Of a stretch of 64,000 bases of DNA, positions 57,167-64,000 are shown piece by piece. Each line of letters starts with the position of its first letter. Within the stretch, counting starts at the first letter, position 1. The stretch comes from an uncultured Acidimicrobiales bacterium. GTDB lineage: Bacteria; Actinomycetota; Acidimicrobiia; Acidimicrobiales; Bin134. The translations under genes were made by a program, and so were the position numbers. The notes under the pieces were generated by a model. It saw only the letters and a program-made list of their open reading frames with translations. It had not been told where the DNA came from and did no database searches. The stretch covers positions 3,657,990 to 3,721,989 of the forward strand of contig OX638344.1 in the NCBI GenBank assembly GCA_951813555.1, read 5' to 3'.

Positions 57167-57570
57167 CGACCATCAGAGGCGGGTCGCACGAACAGGCCTT
57201 CGGCCTCAGCAGTGAGAACGCCATCGGCATGGCACTGGCCCGCGGCGGTGACCCGCCGGCTACGGGCGTCGGTCACCTTGCCGGTGAGAACCAGATCCGT
57301 GCTGAGCGGTGTAAGCGACCGATACCGAACGGTCAGCCGGCCGGTGAAGGTCCCCTTGCTGCCGGTCAACCGGTATGGGAGAACTCCCAGGAGATTGTCG
57401 AACATGGCGGCCAAGTACCCGCCGTGGACGCTGCCTGGAGGACCCTGGTAGTCCTCGCCCAGGTTCACCACCGCAGCGATGGTGGGACGTCCGAATTCGT
57501 CGACGTCGTAGCTCACTTCCAGTGCGGGGGGCAGCAAAACAGGGGCTCGGAGCTGCCTCGGCGCACTCAC
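57163..57570 (-). CDS. PaaI/hotdog thioesterase
   Basis: YQGPPGSVHGG, LTVRYRSLTP, AEGLF; GTGA overlap with the upstream gene. Confidence 0.85.
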   Translation of the reverse strand: MSAPRQLRAPVLLPPALEVSYDVDEFGRPTIAAVVNLGEDYQGPPGSVHGGYLAAMFDNLLGVLPYRLTGSKGTFTGRLTVRYRSLTPLSTDLVLTGKVTDARSRRVTAAGQCHADGVLTAEAEGLFVRPASDGR

Positions 57571-58016
57571 GCCGATTGGGCTCGGCGGGCGGCCTCCTCG
57601 GCGATGCCGGCAGCCATCTTGGCCGTTGCCGAGCCCATGATCTGGCGCATGATCCCGCCGGTCAGCGGGATGACAGTCTCGAACCAGGAGTCCCAATGAA
57701 GAGTGCAGCCGCTGCCGTCGTCGTTGGCCACCAGCAGCAGATCCGACCGGCAGTTGCGCACCGGCATCGGAATGGTCAGTACCCGATACGCCATGCGGTT
57801 GGGCGGGTCGAAGGTGGTGATCTCCTCGCGGGTGCGCACCGGACCGATGTGAAAAACCCGGATTGCGCCAACGCCGTTGCGTTCAGGCGAGCCCTTGACC
57901 TCCAGGTCGACTACGGAGCGGGGAACCCAACGGGCATACAGCTCATGGTCGGCCATAACCTCCCAAGCCACTTCTTGGGGGGCGGCAATCGGTGTGGATG
58001 AAGAAATGGTTTGCAT
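57567..58016 (-). CDS. SRPBCC (polyketide cyclase-like) protein
   Basis: AWEVMADH, GVGAIR, EEITTFDPP. Confidence 0.88.
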   Translation of the reverse strand: MQTISSSTPIAAPQEVAWEVMADHELYARWVPRSVVDLEVKGSPERNGVGAIRVFHIGPVRTREEITTFDPPNRMAYRVLTIPMPVRNCRSDLLLVANDDGSGCTLHWDSWFETVIPLTGGIMRQIMGSATAKMAAGIAEEAARRAQSA

Positions 58017-58028
58017 GAGCGATGAGTT

Positions 58029-58847
58029 CTAACCCAGGTAGGCGTCGCGCACGGCCGAGTTGTTGCGAACCTCTTCCGGCGACCCTTCCCCAATCACCTG
58101 TCCCAGGTTCAGCACGGTGATCAGATCGCACTGGGCCATGACGAAGGCCACGTCGTGTTCCACCAACAGCACCGAGCACTGGTCTTCTGACCGGATGGTC
58201 TGGATGATCTCGCCGAGCTGGTCGGCCTCATCGTGTTCGATGCCTGACGTGGGCTCGTCCAGCAACAGGAGTTTGGGACGGGACACGATGGCCCGGCCTA
58301 GCTCCACCATGCGGGCTCGGGCGATAGGCAACTCCCCCGCCGGGGTGTCTCGGATGTCACTTAGGCCGCAAAGCTCCAGCACCTGGTCCACTCGTTGGCG
58401 CCTTTCCGCTTCGATCCGGCGGCGGGCGGGCCAAGCAACCAGATCGGCGGCGATTCCCCCACCGCCCCCCTCCCACTCCAGGGCCGACAGCACGTTGTCG
58501 GCCACTGACAGCCAACCGAATGGCTGCTGGCGCTGAAAGGTGCGGCGAATGCCCATACGGGCTCGCGAGGTGGCCGGGCGCCCGGTCAGCTCCTCGCCTT
58601 CCAGCCGGATGGAGCCGGCTGCGGGGGTGTTCACTCCAGTGATGCTGTCGAACAGGGTGGTCTTGCCCGCGCCGTTGGGCCCGATGAGACCCCTGACCTG
58701 GCCGGACGGCACCGACATGGTCACATTGTCCACCGCCACCACTCCGCCGAAGCGCACGGTGACCCCCTCAACCGCCAAGAGGGGCTGGTCTGGACCGGCG
58801 GGTCGCTCAGCCACCGCGGTGGCACCCTCTGTGCTCATCTCGGCCAC
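58029..58847 (-). CDS. ABC transporter ATP-binding protein (LivG-like)
   Basis: GPNGAGKT, RRTFQ, LLDEP, VEHD, VRDAYLG. Confidence 0.92.
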   Translation of the reverse strand: MAEMSTEGATAVAERPAGPDQPLLAVEGVTVRFGGVVAVDNVTMSVPSGQVRGLIGPNGAGKTTLFDSITGVNTPAAGSIRLEGEELTGRPATSRARMGIRRTFQRQQPFGWLSVADNVLSALEWEGGGGGIAADLVAWPARRRIEAERRQRVDQVLELCGLSDIRDTPAGELPIARARMVELGRAIVSRPKLLLLDEPTSGIEHDEADQLGEIIQTIRSEDQCSVLLVEHDVAFVMAQCDLITVLNLGQVIGEGSPEEVRNNSAVRDAYLG

Positions 58848-58856
58848 GCTACTAGG

Positions 58857-59726
58857 TCACAACAGGGAGATCACCGAGTCGGCGACCGCTGCCATCGTGT
58901 CACGCTTGAACTCAACCGAGGACGTGGCCAACCCATGGCTGAACAGCCAGGGAACGACGTTTAGGTCTGTAACCCCCAACTGGATGAGGCGCTCCACATC
59001 AGCAAGTGTCGGCGCCTCGTTGAGCGCCATCAAGATGCGGTAATCGGCCCGGTCGGCGGTGCCGGCCTCCTGGCGGGCAGCATTGAGTTGACCCACCATG
59101 ACCTCAAGTTCGTCGATCTCGAAGTTGATGCCCAGCCAACCGTCCCAGCGGGCTGCCCGACGCAATGCGGGCTTGGAGACACCGCCGATGAGGACCGGCA
59201 CCGGCTCGGTGGGCACCGGTTCCATCTGTACCGGTGGGAAGTCGTAGAACTCCCCGGAGTGGCTCACCATGCCTCCTCCTAGGAACTTCCTCAGCACCTC
59301 CAGCATCTCGTCGGTGTGGCGACCCCGGCGGTGGAAGTCTTGGCCCGTGAGCAGAAACTCGTCCTTCATCCAGCCCACGCCCGCGCCCAGCTCCACCCGG
59401 TTGTCGCTGAACACCGCCGCAGTGGAGATCAGCTTGGCCACCGAGAACACCTCCCGAAGCGGGGGTATGTACACCAGCGGCATGAATCGCAGCGTGGTCG
59501 TGTGCTGGGCTAGCGCTGCGGCGGTCATCCAAACATCGGGGAAATCGGTATTGGGGTCCCACCAGATGCTGCCGTCTTCGGAATAGGGGTAGGGCGCTTC
59601 GATGTTCTGCGGTGTGACCAGGTGGTCGGCGGTGGTCAGGCCGGTGAACCCCAGCTCTTCGGCCGCCACCGCAATGTCGACCAACTGTTCTGTTTCCGCG
59701 AATGCGATGCTCTGCCAAATACGCAT
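58857..59726 (-). CDS. LLM class F420-dependent oxidoreductase
   Basis: ADHLVTP, YPYSEDG, LGAGVGWMKDEF, IGGVSKPALRRAA. Confidence 0.92.
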   Translation of the reverse strand: MRIWQSIAFAETEQLVDIAVAAEELGFTGLTTADHLVTPQNIEAPYPYSEDGSIWWDPNTDFPDVWMTAAALAQHTTTLRFMPLVYIPPLREVFSVAKLISTAAVFSDNRVELGAGVGWMKDEFLLTGQDFHRRGRHTDEMLEVLRKFLGGGMVSHSGEFYDFPPVQMEPVPTEPVPVLIGGVSKPALRRAARWDGWLGINFEIDELEVMVGQLNAARQEAGTADRADYRILMALNEAPTLADVERLIQLGVTDLNVVPWLFSHGLATSSVEFKRDTMAAVADSVISLL

Positions 59727-59800
59727 AAGGCCCTCCGTCGATGCTCAGTCGCCGCAGCGTAACCGGCCTGGCGATCAGCAGGCCCGATTGCCGGCAGCCA

Positions 59801-60781
59801 TCAGATGCCTAAAGCGACCGCGATTCGGTTCCGGTGCCAGGCGGCATCGCCCCAGGCGGCCGACAGGGCCCAGCCCCGCTTCATCCACAGGTGCAGGTCG
59901 TATTCGTAGGTGTAGCCAATGGCGCCGTGGCACTGGAGGGCGGTGCGGGAAGCCAGGTCGACTGCTTCGGAGGCCAAGGCCTTGGCCAGCGAAACGTCCC
60001 GGCTGCGGTCGGGGTCGCCGACGGCAATGCACCAGGCGGCATGGCGAGCGGCGGGGCGGGCAAACTCGATCTTGAGAGCGGCGTTGGCCAGGTGGTGTTT
60101 GACCGCCTGGTAACTGCCCACCGGCTTGCCGAACTGGTAGCGCTGGGCCACATACTCCACGGTGGCGTCCAGTAAGTACTGGGCCACCCCGACGCACTGA
60201 GCGGCCGCCGCGGCGGCGGCACGGTCGAAGGCCAACGCGGGATCGGTGTCGATAACGACGGCCTCTCCGTCCACCTCGAACAGGCGTCGCGATCCGTCCA
60301 CCGATCGGTGCTCGACCAGCGTTGCTTCGTCTACCGGAACTGCCCGAACTTGCTCGCCGATGAGAAACACCAGATCGCAGGTTGCCGCCCCAACCGCGTA
60401 ACCCTGGTCGGTGCCCGCGCCCAGGATTGCCTCCCCGGATGCAGCCCGCTCCAACCAGGCTTCGGCGACCGGCCCGCCCGCTGCGGCCAGCGTGGGAATT
60501 CCCACCGCAGTGTGCTCCAGCAAGGGCTCGGGCAGCGCTGCCCGGCCAGCCTCCTCCAACAGCAGCACCAGGTCGGTCTCATCCATGCCCAAACCGCCAG
60601 CCGACTCGGGGGCGGTCATGCCCACCACGCCCATCTCAACCAGCGCAGCCCATAGGCCATTGGTGCGGCCGGAGTCGTTCTCCCAGGCGGCTCTGACCAC
60701 CTCCGGTGGGCATTCGTTGGCCAGAAAGTCCCGCATCGCCTCCTGGAACATGATCTGGTCGTCGCTGAACGAGAAATCCAC
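59801..60781 (-). CDS. fadE32: Acyl-CoA dehydrogenase, FadE32-like
   Basis: QFGKPVGSYQAVKH, LQCHGAIGYTYEYDLHLW; follows fadE31 in the ipd cluster. Confidence 0.75.
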   Translation of the reverse strand: MDFSFSDDQIMFQEAMRDFLANECPPEVVRAAWENDSGRTNGLWAALVEMGVVGMTAPESAGGLGMDETDLVLLLEEAGRAALPEPLLEHTAVGIPTLAAAGGPVAEAWLERAASGEAILGAGTDQGYAVGAATCDLVFLIGEQVRAVPVDEATLVEHRSVDGSRRLFEVDGEAVVIDTDPALAFDRAAAAAAAQCVGVAQYLLDATVEYVAQRYQFGKPVGSYQAVKHHLANAALKIEFARPAARHAAWCIAVGDPDRSRDVSLAKALASEAVDLASRTALQCHGAIGYTYEYDLHLWMKRGWALSAAWGDAAWHRNRIAVALGI

Positions 60782-60783
60782 GC

Positions 60784-61926
60784 CTACCGCCTCGGAAGTC
60801 CCAGAACTCGCTCAGAGATGATGTTTCTCTGGATCTCGTTGGTGCCGGCATAGATCGGGCCGGACAGGGCGAACACGTAGCCGTCCATCCACGAGCTGTC
60901 GGCCCGCTCCCCGTCGCGGCCCATCAGCCGGAGGGCGGTGGCGTGCAGCTCCACGTCGAGCTCCGACCAGAGCACCTTCATGAAGCTGGCCTCTGAGCCG
61001 ATGGGAGAGCCGCCCCGCAGGCGGGCCTCGGTGGCGTAGGTCTGCCAGCGGTAGGCCTGAGCCCCCATCCAAGCGCCCACCACCTGATCGCGGCGGTCCA
61101 GATCGGGGCCACGGCTGTCGGCAATCTCCCGGTAGAGGCCCACCAGCCGGTCGGCAGCGGCCATGAACCGGCCCGGCGCCCTCAGATTCAGCCCCCGTTC
61201 GCTGCCGGTAGTGGCCATGGCCACCGCCCAGCCCTCGCCCTCGCCCCCCAGCAGGTAGCGCTCGTGAACCCGGGCGCAGTCGAAGAACAGTTCGGCAAAG
61301 CCGGGCTCGCCGTCCAAGCGGCCGATGGCCCGGGCTTCTAGGCCCTGGGTGTCGACAGGAACCAGCAGATAGCTCAGCCCGGCATGGCGCTCTGAGTCGG
61401 GGTCGGAACGCACCAGACAGAAGAACCAGTCGGCAAACGCCCCCCGGGAGCACCAGGTCTTCTGACCGTCGATCACGAAGAATTCGCCGTCGCGTTGGGC
61501 CTTGGTCTTGATCCCAGCCAAGTCCGACCCGGCATCGGGCTCCGACCAGCCCTGGGCCCAAATCTCGTCGCCCCGGGCCATGGGCCGCAGAAAACGGTCC
61601 TGCTGCTCGGGAGTGCCGAAATCGAAGATGGTAGGGGCCAACAGGCTTACCCCGTTGGACGAGACCCGTCCCGGCGCCCCTGACGCCCAGTACTCCTCCT
61701 CGAAGATCAGCCACTCCACCAGAGACGCCTCCCGGCCGCCGAAGCGCTCGGGCCACGACACCACCGCCCACCGGGCGTCGAACAATATGTGCTCCCACTC
61801 CCGGTGCTCCTCAAAACCACCGGGAGTGTCCATCGAAGCCAGCGGCTCCGCGGGCACGTTCTCGGCCAGCCAAGTGCGGGCCTCGTCTCGGAACTCCTCT
61901 TCCGCCGGGGTGAACGACAAATCCAT
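60784..61926 (-). CDS. fadE31: Acyl-CoA dehydrogenase, FadE31-like
   Basis: GFEEHREW, WLIFEEEY..GAPGRVSSNG, GPIYAGTNEIQRN. Confidence 0.8.
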   Translation of the reverse strand: MDLSFTPAEEEFRDEARTWLAENVPAEPLASMDTPGGFEEHREWEHILFDARWAVVSWPERFGGREASLVEWLIFEEEYWASGAPGRVSSNGVSLLAPTIFDFGTPEQQDRFLRPMARGDEIWAQGWSEPDAGSDLAGIKTKAQRDGEFFVIDGQKTWCSRGAFADWFFCLVRSDPDSERHAGLSYLLVPVDTQGLEARAIGRLDGEPGFAELFFDCARVHERYLLGGEGEGWAVAMATTGSERGLNLRAPGRFMAAADRLVGLYREIADSRGPDLDRRDQVVGAWMGAQAYRWQTYATEARLRGGSPIGSEASFMKVLWSELDVELHATALRLMGRDGERADSSWMDGYVFALSGPIYAGTNEIQRNIISERVLGLPRR

Positions 61927-61938
61927 CAGCGCAGAACT

Positions 61939-63024
61939 CTACGGAGAATCAGGCGCTGGGCCCGAACCGGCCAGGCGGTCCAAGACCTCTATGGCCTCGG
62001 CGATGATCGAGTCGATGATCTCCTGGCAGCTGGGAAGGGCGTCGATGTTGCCCACCACTTGGCCGGTGGGGAGGATCCCGACTTCGGGGTGGCCGTCCAC
62101 CATGGCGGCCTTGGTCATCATGGGGGCGTTGGCCGCCATGGCCATTTGAGCCCAGGTGAGGTCCAAGCTGCGACGCATAGCCAATCCCTCGGACAGCAGT
62201 TGGCGGTAGCCCACTCCGGTGAGGGCTCGGAACTTGAGCGCGTTGCGGGCGGCCCGGATGAACGACAGCGGTCCCGAGCGCTCCAGCCGGGAGACCACGT
62301 CGGTGTTGATCACCCTCTGGGGAACGCCATCGACTGCAGTGGTGACCACCGTGCCGGTGAGCTTGGTGTCCAGATAGACGGCCTTCACGTGGTCGGGGAC
62401 GTCGCTGTCGGACGACAAGAGGAATCGGGTGCCCATGGCAACCCCGTCGGCCCCGAAGGCCAGGGCGGCGGCCAGCGAGCGTCCGTCCACCATGCCCCCG
62501 GCGGCAATGACCGGGATATCCACCGTGTCGACGACCGCGGGCAACAGCAAGGAGGTGGCGATGGGGCCGGTGTGGCCCCCGCCCTCTGCCCCTTGGGCAA
62601 TCACCGCGTCGACCCCCCACTCGGCCACCTTCTCGGCGTGGCGGGGAGCACCGATGGTGGGAACCACCACCACGCCGGCGTCCTTCAGTTTCTTGACGAT
62701 GGCTTCGCCGGGGGCCTGGGCGAAGCTGGCCACCGGAATCCCCGCAGCGATGATGTGGTCAACCCGTTGGTCGATGTCGGCGGCATCTGTGCGGAGATTC
62801 ACCCCAAAAGGCCGGTCGGTGGCGGCGGCCACTGCGCTGATGGTCTCCACCATCTGACTGAACGTCAAGGGCGCGGCCGCAATGATGCCCAGACCGCCGG
62901 CATTGGATGTGGCTGCGGTTAGCCGGGCCCCGGAAACCCAGCCCATGCCGGTCTGCACGATGGGGTGCTCCACCCCGAACAGCTCGCACGCCCGAGTCCG
63001 CAAGCGGGGGTCAGCTGTCACCAT
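61939..63024 (-). CDS. ipdC: IpdC-like flavin oxidoreductase (nitronate monooxygenase family)
   Basis: PIVQTGMGWV, QGAEGGGHTG, MAANAPMMTKAAMVDG; directly after ipdB. Confidence 0.85.
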   Translation of the reverse strand: MVTADPRLRTRACELFGVEHPIVQTGMGWVSGARLTAATSNAGGLGIIAAAPLTFSQMVETISAVAAATDRPFGVNLRTDAADIDQRVDHIIAAGIPVASFAQAPGEAIVKKLKDAGVVVVPTIGAPRHAEKVAEWGVDAVIAQGAEGGGHTGPIATSLLLPAVVDTVDIPVIAAGGMVDGRSLAAALAFGADGVAMGTRFLLSSDSDVPDHVKAVYLDTKLTGTVVTTAVDGVPQRVINTDVVSRLERSGPLSFIRAARNALKFRALTGVGYRQLLSEGLAMRRSLDLTWAQMAMAANAPMMTKAAMVDGHPEVGILPTGQVVGNIDALPSCQEIIDSIIAEAIEVLDRLAGSGPAPDSP

Positions 63025-63069
63025 AGAAACCCCTTGAATCGAATACGGGGGCCCGCGCTCATCCGGAGC

Positions 63070-63849
63070 TCAGCGGAACTCGGCTTTGCGGGCGCCGCCC
63101 GGGTCGAGCACCTCGCGGATCAAATACAGTTCTTCGTCGGTGGGCAGCCGAGTCTCGGCTGCATCGTCGGTACCGGCCAGTTCGAAGGCGGTGGCCTCCA
63201 CCACCTGCTCCACCGTCACACCGGGGTGGAGCGAGGCGATCCTCATGCGGTTGTCGTCGGTCTGGAAGTCGAACACTCCCAGGTTGGACACCACGCGGCG
63301 CACCTCGTGGTAGCGGTTGCCCGGCGAGCCAATCTCACGCATCCGGTCGTATCCCGGTCCCGACACCACGTCCACCGAGGCCACGAAAGAGCGCGTTGAG
63401 TGGTTGGGCACCCAGTAGCTGGTGGGGTGGTTGATCAGGTTGCCGGGGGCGCCCCGCAGGCCGAGCAATTGAGCCTTGGGCTGGCGGAAGTCGCCGATGG
63501 CGGCGATGTTCTGGTTGCCCCACTGGTCGATCTGGCTGGCCCCCATCATCACGTGGCGCTTGCCCGACCACACGATGTCGAACACAGTGCGGTAGGGCAC
63601 CCACGACTCCACCACCTTGGGGGCGTCGGGATCGCCCACCGGAAAGTCGTTGGCGGGCAGCACCGACACGGTGTCGGTGTACACCAAGTCGGGTTCGAAT
63701 GTGGCCCGGGCCAGCCGTCCGCCCACGATGGGCACGGTCCCGATGGGATTGCACAGGATCTCGCCGTCGCCCCGGAAGGCCTCGGCGCAGGCCATCACAC
63801 AGATCTCATCGATGGTGGCTTCGGCGGTGACTTGCTCGCTATTGCTCAT
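63070..63849 (-). CDS. ipdB: Steroid ring-cleavage hydrolase beta subunit (CoA-transferase family)
   Basis: ACAEAFRGDGEI, RHVMMGASQID..GNQNI, RGAPGN..NHPTSYW. Confidence 0.88.
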   Translation of the reverse strand: MSNSEQVTAEATIDEICVMACAEAFRGDGEILCNPIGTVPIVGGRLARATFEPDLVYTDTVSVLPANDFPVGDPDAPKVVESWVPYRTVFDIVWSGKRHVMMGASQIDQWGNQNIAAIGDFRQPKAQLLGLRGAPGNLINHPTSYWVPNHSTRSFVASVDVVSGPGYDRMREIGSPGNRYHEVRRVVSNLGVFDFQTDDNRMRIASLHPGVTVEQVVEATAFELAGTDDAAETRLPTDEELYLIREVLDPGGARKAEFR

Positions 63850-63883
63850 GATCGGGCCTCAGGGCTGCTCAATCGTTTCGTGC

Positions 63884-64000
63884 TCATGAGCGGGCCTCCA
63901 GCGCTTTGAGGTATTCGGCATGGGAGGGGGATTCGAGATAAGTGGAGCGAAACGCCTCCCATGCTTCGGGGTCGCGGGCAGTGGCCGCGTACTCCCGCTG
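63884..64000 (-). CDS. ipdA: IpdA C-terminus, partial
   Basis: QREYAATARDPEAWEAFRSTYL...* immediately upstream of ipdB. Confidence 0.75.
   Translation of the reverse strand, partial: QREYAATARDPEAWEAFRSTYLESPSHAEYLKALEARS

Noticed and set aside
1-64000. CRISPR array, tRNA, rRNA, integrase, reverse transcriptase
   Set aside because: No regularly spaced repeats, RNA-gene signatures or corresponding catalytic motifs were seen by eye; a covariance-model scan was not possible.

Overview
High-GC actinobacterial DNA. The F420/mycothiol/sterol-catabolism gene content and frequent leaderless starts suggest an Acidimicrobiia-like organism (inference only). The backbone is metabolic: SigK-RskA-fasciclin, rnhB, gpsA, cofC, several LLM and SDR oxidoreductases, a double CoA-transferase III, fadE29-like, and the steroid C/D-ring cluster ipdA-ipdB-ipdC-fadE31-fadE32 at the right end. 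Accessory DNA occurs at about 3.1-6.2 kb (IS3/IS30 remnants, dead vapBC, DUF222-HNH gene), 26.5-31.8 kb (PspC two-component cluster, two TA modules) and a defence island at about 32.7-51.5 kb. The island holds a type II CBASS (HNH-SAVED, CD-NTase, E2-E1 Cap2, no Cap3), an RloA/RloB (AbiL-like) pair, an unusual three-gene operon (unknown ART-like protein, N-terminally extended DUF433 antitoxin, PIN), a pseudogenised SNF2-DUF3883 helicase, and a convergent TIR-NB-ARC-TPR plus TagF-like GT-B pair. That pair is bracketed by a 30-bp direct repeat, and the GT-B gene is frameshifted at a G25 tract. A recurring pattern is that accessory cassettes are bounded by duplicated, diverged ends of neighbouring host genes or promoters, with no integrase in the window. 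No rRNA, tRNA or CRISPR array was seen. All family calls come from motif recognition by eye; no searches were run.
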